In this document: piece by piece, positions 12,681-25,919 of the stretch
How the letters are laid out: each line of letters begins with the position of its first letter
How positions within the stretch are numbered: the stretch's first letter is position 1
Assembly (NCBI GenBank): GCA_951406725.2
Contig: OX597814.1
Location: 22,320,001-22,384,000, forward strand
Reading direction: 5' to 3'
Source of the DNA: Octopus vulgaris
Taxonomy: Eukaryota
DNA: 64,000 bases
The notes under the pieces: generated by a model
Databases searched by the model: none
Told to the model about the DNA's origin: nothing
What the model saw: only the letters and a program-made list of their open reading frames with translations
Translations under genes and position numbers: made by a program

Positions 12681-13276
12681 AAATGTCACTATAAACAAGT
12701 AATTATCTCAATCTTTGGTCGTGGGCTGTATATTCAGCAAAACCGATTAATACCTATTCATCAAAATTCTTCTAAATTACCGTTTAACGCAGCCAAGGTA
12801 AAAAAAACGTGATGAAATGATGTGGTTAATGTTATACGTTCGGCATCTGTAAAGTAATTTGCTGATAGAGTTAGTTGCTTTAGTATTTTTTTTTCATTTT
12901 ATGCATTTGCATGGAACAGTGTCAACAGTTTAATATTTCGGAATTAGTTATAAACTTCAAAGAAAGATTGTAATATATATATTTCAAGGAGAGAGATATC
13001 TACTATGTGGGCTTCTATTGTGCTTAAATGGGATTATTTACTGTCAACGCAGTGAGCTAACAAAGCAAATCAATTTTATCCAATGGGTATTGATTAGATT
13101 TGATTAGATAAAGAACGAGACCTATTTTTTGCAGGACAGTTGGAGCAAATGTAGTCACAACACTTATGACAGATTTGAATTTATGACACGTAAGTTAAGC
13201 ATATAACTTCCTTGTTATGTGATATTGACAGTGATATGATCAGAAGGAAATTATGTTAGCGACAGCACGTTGCGAT

Positions 13277-13316
<40 letters not shown>

Positions 13317-13474
13317 CGTTTTTGTATTTGGTTTCCAAGATTATTTATGTGAGTTCGTGTGTTGAAGCATATTCTGTTGCGTCTTGCATTAAAAAAGAAA
13401 TAAGTGGAAATTTTACCGGTGAGTGTGGTAGATTATAAAGCACAAAAAGAGAATGATTGTCCCCAGACACAACA

Positions 13475-13556
<82 letters not shown>

Positions 13557-14104
13557 CACCGTGATCACCGTGACCGACCAGGCTACAAATCGCTGGTCAC
13601 AATGCGCTTCGCATTGTTTTAGCCTTCAAATGACACCACCTTGTTGGCTACGCGAGCAGGCCAATATATATATACATTCAGTTAGACAGAGAAGGGGAAA
13701 ATAGTGGCTTCGCGCTATTTAAACCAAGACCACTGTTATCAAATGGGAGCGCCAGAGCATAGAGCCACAGGAAAATAGTGGCGGATGAATGCGAGGACAG
13801 GACAAAATAACGTTATACATTACAGAAAATGCCTTACAGCTGTGCAATAAGCAAAGGCAATAACTATACGTATAGAGTGCTAAAACGATACAGAACAAAC
13901 AGAAAAGGCCTTTTCGGTTATCAAGGCAGTGAGGTAGCGCAAAGAAGTGGAAAAAGTCCTTGACGGACGGAATACAAAGTGTCTGGTTGGGTCAGCAGCA
14001 GGTCGAAAAAGAAAATGCCTTACGGCTGTACAATATTCTGAAGCAATAACAATACGTATAGAGTACGAAAACGATACAATACAAACAGAATAATGCCTTT
14101 TCAG

Positions 14105-14227
<123 letters not shown>

Positions 14228-14258
14228 TATATATATATATGTATGTATATGTGTATAT

Positions 14259-14671
14259 ACAAGAAAAAAGCAACAAGAATGGATTAGTTTTTCAGTACAA
14301 TTGTTTCATACGAAGACAAGCTTTATTAAAAGCTGCAAATAAGCTCCGGTAATTTGCACCTACATTATGGATGGATTCACCTTTTCTGTGAATCTAACAA
14401 GCTCTTTTAAAGCCTGTTATAAGACTGTACATCATTATTAGAGAACTCTGGAAGTCTACTTACAATCTAAATTTGCTTTTTATAGAACTATCTCCGATAC
14501 TTCATGAGTGTAGCTTCACCCACTAAGATGCTTGGAGAACTCATATGTGTTTTGGCTGATGAGTACGGGACACTTGTATTTGCTGCAATATTTGCAGCTT
14601 TTAATAAAGCTTGTCTTCGTATGAAACAATTGTACTGAAAAACTAATCCATTCTTGTTGCTTTTTTCTTGT
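14259..14671. repeat. 83-bp perfect inverted repeat (fold-back, probable PLE terminus) beside (TA)n
   Basis: 14259-14341 is the reverse complement of 14589-14671. Confidence 0.95.
14550..14640 (+). ncRNA. Type I hammerhead ribozyme motif with canonical core, long helix II and palindromic helix III
   Basis: ttttgg-CTGATGA(14556-14562)-gtacg..cgtat-GAAAC(14623-14627)-aatt-GTA(14632-14634)-ctgaaa. All three helices can pair. Confidence 0.75.
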
Positions 14672-14792
14672 TTATAATCACACCACATTATTGTATGGTT
14701 AATACCATATAGTTTTCTGGTGCATCTAAGTTAAGTACCGCATTCAAGTGAATTCAATAGAACTCACTTGAATCTTAATTGCTTTTACTGAA

Positions 14793-14832
<40 letters not shown>

Positions 14833-14837
14833 AAGAG

Positions 14838-14869
<32 letters not shown>

Positions 14870-15003
14870 TTTACAATGAATATATGTGTGTGAGGTAACA
14901 CACACACACATACATGGAGACAGACAAGCAGATAGACAGGTAGATAGATGTGCACAATAAAGTAGGAAAAGTTTACCACGTATTATTGAAAAAACTATTC
15001 CCA

Positions 15004-15200
15004 AAGGCGAACGGGCAGAATCGTTAGCACGCCGGATCAAAGGCTTAACAGCATTACTTCCGCCTTTATGTTCTGTGTCCTAATTCCCTCGAGGTCAATT
15101 TTTGATTTTCATCCTTTTGTAGATCGATGAAATAAGTTCCAGTCAATCGCTGGGGTGATGTAATCGACTAGCTCCTGTCTCACAATACTACAGCACTTTG
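15004..15200 (+). mobile_element. SINE family B, diverged copy
   Basis: aaggcgaacgggcagaatcgttagcacgccgg..gaggtcaattt..ttcatcctttt..aataagttccag..gatgtaatcgact. Confidence 0.75.
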
Positions 15201-15894
15201 TAAACTCATAAAGCCTTCAATATTATTGTAAACTCATAAAGCCTTCAATAATTTCTGAATTCAGTAATGTTATCAATAGAACAGATGATTTTTCGTCTCT
15301 TGATTACATCACTATTTTTCTCACAAATGAAATTCGTAGAAGTTCTGGTGTCGATTTATCAGCTAAACTACTGAGCATAAATTTAAATATATTTCAAAGA
15401 GATATGTTAACACATGTGTGATGAATATGATGTTTTTATATCTGAGCTGATGGTTTATGTCTGCATCTTCACAAGGAAGCCGACTAGAGGTCCTCTATAC
15501 GCTTACTCAACAAGCTAGAAATAGCAAATAAATCTCTCACAAATCAATCTTTAAAATCTTTGATAAAAAACAAAAACAAAAAAACAACAACTGGGAACTC
15601 AATCGAAATAATGTATTCTGAGATTAAATTATACTGAAAGTAAGGGACGAGTTGCTCATACCCACAATGACTTCCATCATAGGTTCGTTCGACGAAGAAA
15701 GACCTATAGATCCTGCCACCACCATCACAAATAAGATGTACAACAATATCGGGCATTCATATCAACTGCAGAGAAATGAACGGCAAAATCAATAGTAGTC
15801 AGATCTGCAAAGTAAAACTAAATGCACAAGGTATTTCGGCCGAACGCTGACCCGTTACTCCAATCCACAACTCTATTCTATAGACAGATAATCT

Positions 15895-16103
15895 ATTCTT
15901 CTAACTATAGGCACAAAGTGCTGTAGTATTGTGAGACAGGAGCTAGTCGATTACATCACCTCAGCGATTGACTGGAACTTATTTCAGTGATCTTCAAAAG
16001 GATGAAAATTGACCTCAAGGGAATTAGGACACAGAACATAAAGCCGGAAGCAATGCTGCTAAGCCTTTGGTCCGGCGTGCTAACGATTCTGCCCGTTCGC
16101 CTT
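15895..16103 (-). mobile_element. SINE family B, diverged copy
   Basis: Reverse-strand head ggcgaacgggcagaatcgttagcacgccgg plus the family core. Inverted relative to 15004-15200. Confidence 0.75.
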
Positions 16104-16129
16104 TTTTTTAAGTAAATGAATAATAAGAA

Positions 16130-16315
16130 CTGTTGTGTCTGGGGAGAGTCATTTTCTTTTTGTGCCTTATAATGTAACACACTCATCGGTAAAATTTCCA
16201 CATATTTCTTATTTTTATTTTCCTAAAATTTTCGTTGCGTCTTGCAACCTTTTGAATAGTGAGTGTGTTACATTATAAGGCACAAAAAGAAAATGACTCT
16301 CCCCAGACACAACAG
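16130..16315. repeat. 56-bp perfect inverted repeat (fold-back); rearranged relative at 13320-13475
   Basis: 16130-16185 is the reverse complement of 16260-16315. Confidence 0.95.
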
Positions 16316-17749
16316 AATATGCTTCAACACACAAACTCATATAAAGAATCTTGCAAACCAAATCCAAAAACAAAATAATAAGAACGGAAATGCAGTAGTA
16401 GTAATGAGGAGGTAAAGTCTAGTGGAGAAACAAAATATATAGAAAGTCTTGAAGAAAAACATTACGACAAATGTATTTTGTATTTCCAGTTATTTGTAAA
16501 TCACTGATCATTGTAGAATTCATTTCAAATTAATCCACTGTATGCCATTTATTGGGGAATGAGTTTGACATTTTATCATAATTACGTGCCTTACATTGAG
16601 AAACCCCGTAATCTAACGCTCCTAAACATCCACCGAGCTATATTACATGTAATTATCGTAATCTCCCACCAACTCCACACACACACACAGAAAAAAAATC
16701 CACCTTCAGAGATTTGTGGTGCTTTACCAGGAAAGGGAAGTATTAACCTACGGTTGAAACTGACCCAGATGATGAGTTCGACTTGCATTTTAGTAGGTCA
16801 ACCTACAGCCGGAGACGTATGTAGGCTATGGAATATATTAGCGTTTGTTGTAGAATATATTACTTCAACTGGTTCATACTGTAAAGTGACCTCTAGAATC
16901 ATTCTTATTATGCTTTTATTGCTTTCTGATTTACAAGAAATTGGATAAGTGTTTAATTCTAGTTCCTGTCGCTTTAAGCTGATTGCAGACACATTTATCT
17001 GCATAAAACATTGCTCTATCACAAGTAATTTTATTCCTGTGGCAGGAATGACACCGGCATTGCAAGTCAGCGATTCACTTGTCATTCTTTACCACCACCG
17101 TTGTTTGCACCAGTAAATTATATAAATTACGGTATATATAAGAGATACGTGCAGCCTACTGTTGAAAGCTTTATTAACCAGGGGCACATACAGCACCATT
17201 AAAAAATGTAATCATCGACCACTTGTTCAATAATCCATCGGATTGGGGACACACACACACACACACACATACACGGAACAACATACACACATAAGCACAC
17301 ACACACACAGCAACACATACACATAAGTACACACACATACATACTCTCTCTCTTTCTCTCTCTGTCTCTTTCTCTCTCCCCCTCTCTTTTTGTTGGCTAA
17401 AGCTTTTTGCAATTTGTCATGGGCATTTTATCTTTAAAAATGCGTAGAAATTAACGTAACAGAATTTACTAATTATTTTAAAATGTATTTTTTTATGAAA
17501 ATTAGAATTATCTTTCTTTCTGAGGGCAAAGACTCAGCACACCGAGTTATTGCATAACTTTGCAGAGGTCAGTAAACCCCACTGGTAAACCCCGCTAATT
17601 TACGTATAATATATGTTGCATCATCAATGACAAATTATCATTATTTCTTAATATCTTTAAGAGTCTTTGCCTAAAGTCAACATTTACTGTGAGACACATA
17701 AAGTAGCAATCAACCAGCGTGGTCAATCTACCTGTCCAATTGGTTCTTA

Positions 17750-18330
17750 TGCGTTTGAGATTTTTCTGGAGTTTTCGGCCTCAATTGCTTTTGGGCTGCC
17801 CATTTTCTGTTTTCTTTCTGAATGTACTCAGTTCATTACAGTTTTTGCATGACGAGAGATAAGTAGGCAGAAAATATAATCCACTAGCTAGACGAACCAG
17901 CTACAGCATCTTGTTGGTTTGCAGCAGATGGGGTTTAATTCACAGAAGAATCTTTTGATTTGTGATTCTGTTTCCTCAGATAATTTTCGGATCTTTTGCA
18001 GGTATAGTTCATGAAATGTGTCGAGGTTCTTGACCAATTTTCCACTTTTCCCCGTCATACAGAACTACTGGCAGAATTGTTGCACTAAAAATTGGATCTC
18101 CTACTGCAATGCAAATATGTGTTGTTGTCCATATTTGCTGTATTTACTGAAATATTGCCAATGCTACAGACCATATCACTTTCATTCCTGTTTTACCCAC
18201 ATTTCCGTTCAAGTTGTCCAAGTCGTTCACAACATTATCTGCTACAAGCTTTTTCAACTGCCAAATTTCTTTGAAGTTATTGGAATAATTATCAAACGGT
18301 GACCGCGCTTATATTTTTCAGATTTCGAGG
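17750..18330 (-). mobile_element. Ancient RTE-like LINE C-terminal fragment
   Basis: Minus-strand FSATILPVVLYDGKSGKLVKNLDTFHELYLQKIRKLS resembles the RTE post-RT motif LLYG.ETW..LD.FH.RCLRKIL. Confidence 0.55.
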
Positions 18331-18899
18331 CAATGTGTGAAAATAACTGCTTAGACATTTCCTGATCTTTTGCTACTAATTACTAATTTAGTAAAAACAT
18401 TGTAGTCTAGACATTTATATTGATAAGACTAGAATGACGGAGAGAGAAAGAATACTGAAGTGAATTCCAAAGTTAAAAATATGCGTGGGCAGAAAAAAAG
18501 AAATTCAAGATGATGAACTGGCAGAATCGTTAGCACGCCGGGGAAAATGCCTTCCGTCCATCTTTATGCTCTGAGTCCAAATTCCACCGAGGTCGACTTT
18601 ATCTTTCTGCCTTTTAGGGGTCAAGGAAATAAGTACCATATTTGTCTTTAATTTGTGTTATGAATTTTCTTTTGTTATTGACAAAATAAAAAATGCTTCG
18701 GACAAATTGTCTTAGAGTGCTTTACGTTCTGAATTAAAATACTGCTAAGGGTTAACTTTGCCCTTCATATCTCGGGGTGAATAAAATAAAGTAATAGTCA
18801 TGAGCTAGGGAACGATGTCTTATACCTCTGTTACGAACTATTATCTTACCTCAAACTCTATAGCCAGACAAACGTTGTAATTTGAAAAGGTGTGGTATT

Positions 18900-19200
18900 T
18901 TATAGAAGCAAACAGTTTTGTATAATAGCAAAACGTGGAAAATGCTAGCAAAGATTACAAAGAAGCTTGACCCGTTCCACGAACGATGCCGACGGAAAAT
19001 TCCCAACGTAATATGGTGAGACAGATTCATAAATGAAGAAATTCTTCTGCGTAGCAAACATCCTAATGCTATATGTTTCGTTTGGAGGACCATACATTTT
19101 GCTTGTCGACCACTTGGAACGCTAAGACTGAAAAGACCTGGACACCAGATGGTGACAAACGGAAATAGGTTTGGGAGTAATTTTTAAAGTGTCCCCTAGG
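18900..19200 (+). mobile_element. Ancient RTE-like LINE C-terminal fragment
   Basis: KKLDPFHERCRRKIPNVIW*DRFINEEILLRS..WTPDGDKRK matches the RTE post-RT signature. Confidence 0.65.
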
Positions 19201-20215
19201 GACAAGCAGTTTGAATACATAACGAGTTCTAAGAAATATAGCAGTTTTGTCACACACACACACACGAAACTCTCTTTTCGCTAAAGGGTTGAAAAAGTCG
19301 ATAATTACTTTATCTAGTACCTGCTTTATCGACTCTAGAAGGATTCAACATAAAACCCACCCCCCACCTCATTGATGGCGAGATTTCTTGAACTTAGAAC
19401 AGTATTAGCAAAATATGTGAAAATGTGTTTACATACATTTTTGATGATATATTACTTGTATTCATTAAATGTTTTTTTTTTTTCAGAGCGAAACTTTGAA
19501 CTTTGATTTTGATAAATTTACAATTGTGAATGTTTCATGAATGCCAAAGAAAATGAATAACTAAAGACGTGACAGTAATTATGAGAACGTGATATCAAGC
19601 ATTTATAGTTCTATTTCAAACTTAATGGCTTCGTAAATTGATCTTCGTTATTTGAGTATAAGGTATTTAAAATATTTTATTGAAAATTCTGGTCAGTTTC
19701 TTTAACATACGAAAATTAACTACAAAATTTATTCTTAATTTTCTGAAATTCTCTCTTCTCTTTGAGAATCGCAAAAATTTATCATTAGGTTTCTGGTTTT
19801 GGTTTTAAATTTGGAAGAAAATTTGAATAAACTAAAAATGTAGTACGTTCGTGAGACATGAAAATGGTTACATAACAAAAAGGGAAGGGTTAACTTTGAA
19901 GAGAGGTTGGGTCAAAACAAACACAAATAAAAGTAAAGACTGAAACAAACAATCAAGTACAACAAAACAAGGAACACTCAAGAAGTCTAGGAGTGGAAAC
20001 TAGACAGGAAAAGAAAACGAAATTGGAAAGATAACATTTGCTCCCCCGCACACAAATACACACACACACACGCGCGCGCGCGCACATGTGGTCACGGTGG
20101 GTTTCCGTCATTCGACGATGATGAATTAGATGTTCAATCAACTGAATTACCTGATCCTGAATTAATGTGTAAATGGCAGAACATTTAAAAGAAAGGTACA
20201 CCATTAGCATAATTC

Positions 20216-20703
20216 TTATTTATTTATTGCCCACAAGGGGCTAAACATAGAGGGGACAAACAAGGACAGACAAACGGATTAAGTCGATTACAACGACCCT
20301 AGTGCGTAACTGATACTTAATTTATCGACCCCGAAAGGATGAAAAGAAAAGTCAACCTCGGCGGAATTTGAACTCAGAACGCAGCGGCGGACGAAATACC
20401 ACAAAGCATTTCGCCCGGCATGCTAACGTCTCTGCCAGCTCGCCGCCTTTTACATAATTCTAAAGCAGAATCTATTTCTTTACTACCCACAAGGGGCTAA
20501 ACACAGAGAGGACAAACAAGGACAGAAACGGGTTTAAGTCGATTATATCGACCCCAGTGCGTACTGGTACTTAATTTGTCGACTCCGACAGGATGAAAGG
20601 CAAAGTCGACCTCGGCGGAATTTGAACTCAGAACGTAACGGTAGACGAAATACCGCTAAGCATTTCGCCCGGCGTGCTAACGTTTCTGCCAGCTTGCCGC
20701 CTT
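20216..20703 (-). mobile_element. Two tandem SINE family-B monomers, each with a head, separated by duplicated flank
   Basis: Monomers at 20216-20449 and 20472-20703. tacataattctaa(a/g)gcagaatc follows both on the + strand. Confidence 0.9.
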
Positions 20704-22146
20704 TTACATAATTCTAAGGCAGAATCACCATGACGGAATGTGTGACAAGGTTGTACATTTTGAGTTACAGATACAGTCTGTATGACGATGATCTAAACAG
20801 TTTCCGTCTAACCACAATTTAGAAGTCGACACGAAGCTATAGAAAACTACATTTACCCAAGAATCCACATAGTAGGATCGATCGCAGGACCTCGTGGCTG
20901 CGAAACGAATTTAACTACCCAACCAGAATGCGCCTACATACACACAGATAAACACTCCCTATCTCTCTCAGACACACACATACACATGAACGCATTTGTG
21001 CGTGTATGCATATAAACCTGTTTATATTAGTCTGGTGCATGGGCGTGTGTCTATATTGCTAATGTATCATTTAAAAAATTGTATCATTAACTCTGCTGTA
21101 AAGCAATTGCTTCAATTTATAGTTCTTTCTACATATCCCAGTTCTTTGGTCCTTAATTATCCTCTATTATCAGATATAGAGCAAATCTACCAATTTTTAT
21201 TGTTCAGAAAATTTCTTACAAGCGATAAATTCCAAGTAGATAATAGGGGGCAATTCAGCCAAAACCAGAGGATACATTATCAATAATCGATACGTATAGT
21301 TTTCAAATGTATTGAATTGGTCAGATATTATAAAACAGATGCAAAGCAAGGTGTGCATTTAATATAACGTCAAGTTACTGTGAAGCAGGATAAATGAAAT
21401 AAGAAAAAGAATAGACAGCAAAAAAGCTATATAAGACAGTCGCATAAGGTTAGTGTGTTGTATTGCTTATGTTAACTAATGTTAATTACTGTTACATACT
21501 GCTAAGGTTAATTTAAAGCATAGAAACATTCTCAAATTTGATAACGTCTGTAAACATGTATTATAAAGATATTTTCAAAACAAAAATATTACTTATATTA
21601 GTGTAAGAATATTTGTAGCTCATCAATTCAATGTTTTTGCATTATGTATTCTAACAAAATAAATTTATTTGCAAACATAGTCTACTTTAGAGTTGATATA
21701 ATATTCGGAATATACAATTTTATAATCTCAGATAATATTGAATGCAACAATATTAAATACTTAGCTTGGTCAGTAGTAATTTTGGAATGGAGTTTTACAA
21801 AGTATATGAAAAATTCTCTACTCACACAACATTTTAAGCTAAGTTTTCTTTTCCTGCTACGAAGAAAATTTGATGATAAGGTATTCCTGTTTTGTGTTAC
21901 TCATCTAATATGTTAAAATTAAATCGTTATTCTTGAAAAAATATTTAAAATTATTATATTTTATTTCATGAAATATCAGAATTGAATCGCATGATTAGTC
22001 AAGCAACATTAGGCTTAATCAATGTCACTGTTTAAAATAAACATAGAGAAAATAATTTTATAAACAAGATCAAAGATCAAAGAACAAAATAGCTGTAAGT
22101 ATGATCCATATAATGTTGGATTTATAATGTGGAAACCAAATCTTAC

Positions 22147-22284
22147 CGGCAATACTTAGGCCATATAAAGACATAATAAGCAATAGTGTGATAATCAATC
22201 GTTTCAATCCGATGAAGCGTAGAATTTGTCCAAACCGAAGAACCATAGTGTAATTCCTACTGGATAATACGATGTCCTTTGAAG
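22147..22284 (-). CDS. Putative first coding exon of the host gene: MVLRFGQILRFIGLKRLIITLLLIMSLYGLSIA(G), a signal peptide or type II membrane anchor (ATG at 22246)
   Basis: Acceptor tcgttcttgtcctgtgtag|C at 22284, ATG at 22246, 33 codons plus 1 nt, donor GCCG|gtaaga at 22147. Basic N-terminus followed by a hydrophobic stretch. Unique sequence. Confidence 0.62.
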
Positions 22285-23995
22285 CTACACAGGACAAGAA
22301 CGATTAACTTTTCCTCTCAGTATTTTTGGTGCAAACAGACATTTGACACGACATATATATGTATATGTAAACTTTTTCTCCTATGTATTGTGTTGTGTTT
22401 TCTTTTTTGTATCTTCTGTCAGACGTGCAGCAGCAAGCCACTGATATCAGCTAAGGTGTAACCTTTATGGATAATTGTGCTCAACTTGTGAGCTAACACT
22501 CTACTGCTGGTTTTATGTGAACTCTACCTTTTACTCCTGAGGGCCTATCGTAATTTCCGAGAGCAATTTGTTTTTGCTTATTTATTTATATTTTAATTTA
22601 TTTCTCTTTAACGTACAGACATATAGGAACATTTATATAGTATAGTGCATATGACACCCTTTAAACTATTAGCAATTTTATGTCGACGTTAAATACAAAA
22701 CAAAGTGCAGTTAATAGTTTCTTTGCCGTTTTTTTTTTCTTTTTAAATAATTTTCTAACATCTTATTCTTCCTTTTCTGCTACAGCAATTGATTATTACG
22801 ACGATATCATAAAGCATACGTAAACTTAAACTGCAGATATGCATATTTTTAATCAGATTTACTATTACTTTTAAAGTTCTAAAGGTGTGTACAGCGTCTT
22901 TTTAAGCAAACATACAATTAATCGATATGAAAACTAATAATATGTGAGAATATCACCTGAATCGAACACTCTTCTTAAATAATGATCCTGTATAGTTAAC
23001 GTCTTATCATTCCCTCGCTGAGTGCATGTCTTTCATAGATCTACACAGAAGGTCTGTAATTATTTCGGAACCCAAAGTACGCTTGCTTTTTTTTTTTTTA
23101 CTAACGGTTGTATCTGTCTTGATTTTGACTTTCGATGCTATGGCATGGTTTTGTTGCAAGAGCTTCTCTCGATATTTTGACAGTGGAAATAGTGACCTTC
23201 GACTAATTCGTTCAAGTTATCATTTAGAAACATAAACGTAACTTTTTTATGATTTATAATTGTCTCAGCAATTGAATTAAGATTCTATTTCCTTTTTAGT
23301 TTTCAAACACCATGGCTCTGACGAAACATGACTTTTACAATTATAAAAAGACAGCTAATTAACTCAACTTAGCCCAGAATAGAGTGAGCTCAAATGTTAT
23401 CTATATGGTGCTAGTGATATGGGGAAGCAACACCAATTAGGTTGAATATCTTCTCCCTAGTCCTTAGATACTTTTATCGTGGAACTTCAATGAAGATAAG
23501 GCAGAATATGATGGGGAAATTATCTAAGATCATTGAATGTTACCACCACTAGAATTAGTCAAAGAAAGTCTACAGTAGAGTGGTCTTGTAATACATTTGT
23601 CACCGTGAGAAGTAAGTTAAATGGAGGCACAAAATGGGAAACATAGAATTGTAGTCCTTGCTTTGCTATGAAGTTAAATAACATTAACTTGACTTAAGTA
23701 AAAAGGAACAAGAGACCACTGATTGTGTACCTTGGTGAAAGGAAGTTGTTGACAGATCTGGCTCAGCCGTAATTATAAAGGAGCACAATGAGAAAGGAAA
23801 AAAGAAATTCTGACATGAAAAATGTGGTTATCTGCAAGGTTCCCTCACGCTGAGGAGGTTAGAAGCGTTTTCAGTGTGAAAACAAATGACACGGTTGAGT
23901 GTATTCTTAGTACTGGGAAAATTCCTTTAGGAAAAAAAATTTGAAGAGTTTGTCAAGGAGAGAAACTAATTTGAAATAGGTTATTTAATGGGATA

Positions 23996-24419
23996 ATACT
24001 CTTTACTCTCTCTTTACTTGTTTCAGTCATTTGACTGCGGCCATGCTGGAGCACCACTTTAGTCGAGCAAATCGACCCCAGGACTTATTCTTTGTAAGCC
24101 TAGTATTTATTCTATCGGTCTCTTTTGCCGAACCACTAAGTTACGGGGACGTAAACACATCAGCATCGGTTGTCAATCAATGTTGGTGAGGCAGGGGCGG
24201 AGACAAACACAGACGCGCATCACACACACACACATGCATATATACATATATATATATATATATACGACGGGCTTCTTTCAGTTTCTGTCTGCCAAATCTA
24301 CTCACAAGGCTTTGGTCGACCCGAGGCTATAGTAGAAGACACTTGCCCAAAATGCCACGCAGTGGGACTGAACCCGGAGCCATGTGGTTGCTACTTACCA
24401 CACAGCCACTCTTGCGTCT
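23996..24419 (-). mobile_element. SINE family A
   Basis: Near full-length match to the other family-A copies. Confidence 0.9.
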
Positions 24420-25919
24420 TGTCAAGAGACAATGAGAAAGGTGAGAAAGAAAAGTTTTGGGAGCTGTCTTATGCTTGTTTGTGTGTGTGTGTCTAGTGTA
24501 TGTGGGATATCTGTCGCTGCATGTGCACAAGAAGTTAAGAAATGGAGTCAAAATGAGCAAGGAATCTGCGATTTTGTTATTCGGAATTAGTTGTAGTATG
24601 TTGGATTATTCTTCGGGATTTAGTTACAAATCTCCTCGCATGAGGTGAGAAGGCGCGGACTGAGTCCTTCAGTGACCCGAAAATATTCTTTGATTTGCTG
24701 TTGGCCAGCTTGTAGATGTTGCAATACTGGAAAAAATCTTACAATTCATGATAGTGGGTAAATTCATTCAGGTATTGTGAGTTGTATTGTTTACTTTCCG
24801 GTTGTAAATGAATCGTTTTGGTGTCGTGGATTTTGATTGTGTGAGACAATGTATCTTCTTTTGTGAGTCCTTTTTACCACATGAACTTTTTCGGAACTCA
24901 CTTTCGTTATCATAAATAAGAAACTATAGTACACAACGTATAAGCAGTTCTTCTAAACAAAAATATAAATGGTAAACTAACGCTCAGAATATATAAAACA
25001 AAGTAGATAAAACTTTATTAAGAGTAAATAAGATTGTTTCAGTACAATACATAACTCATGTACATAAGAGCTGACAAATTGTCAATAATGTTCATTAGGG
25101 AATTCTACGTTCTTAAAAGTATACAGGATTTTGTTTTTGCTTTCTACCGTGGAAGCTTAAAATACAGATTCACATAGATACAGGGAAGAGAAAAGAAGTG
25201 CTACCATTGAAAATTCCTCTAGTATTGGAAATTATGATTCCACATTCATAGAAAAAATAAGTTCGTTTCTTGTAAAAATTTAGATTCCACTCAAATAAAT
25301 AGCTTAGTAAATTCTTGAAACTTCAAAGTAATTTTCTTCATCTGTTCCTTTCCAACAAAGAAGTAATTTTGGTCGCGATCCAATTTGCAAATGTCCATGT
25401 CTGGCAGAAATTATTTGCGGAAATACTTTTCTATACCACCGAATACTCGATTATGATCGTCATTTTGTACTGTTTCCATAAAAGTGTTTTGTTAAGAAAT
25501 GCTTCGATCTACCTTCAGAGTGAAATTGCTTACATTCTTCCATTGCAGAAACTTTATGTTCATTTTAAGCTTCTGAAATATGTCTAATAAAGCATAATTT
25601 GCAACGCTAAATTTCACAATGGAAGAATTCCTTCTATTTGAGTTCTTTTCTAGGAAAAATAGCACTACACGTTTTTAAGACTACTATTCTTCTCTTTTAA
25701 CAATCGTCACACCTTTGTGCGTTTTAAAATCTTGCTCAACTTGGATTTCTTATCATGGTTGTGCGAATAGACAATCTGGAATACTGATCACGTTCTGTGT
25801 GAACATGTTAATTCTGCGAAAGGCTATTCCAGATAACCGTATCCAAATATTTATTTGGGTAATACTATTCCTCATTATATACATATTGACAAGGCGGCGA
25901 GCTGGCAGAAACGTCTGCT

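Noticed and set aside
15199-15255. 28-bp tandem duplication (and duplications at ~52000-52320) considered as a CRISPR-like array
   Set aside because: Only two adjacent units, no spacers, eukaryotic context; ordinary local duplications.
19470-19600. Strong + strand splice acceptor (t)n-cag at ~19486
   Set aside because: No sustained reading frame or matching donor. A non-coding exon cannot be supported from sequence alone.
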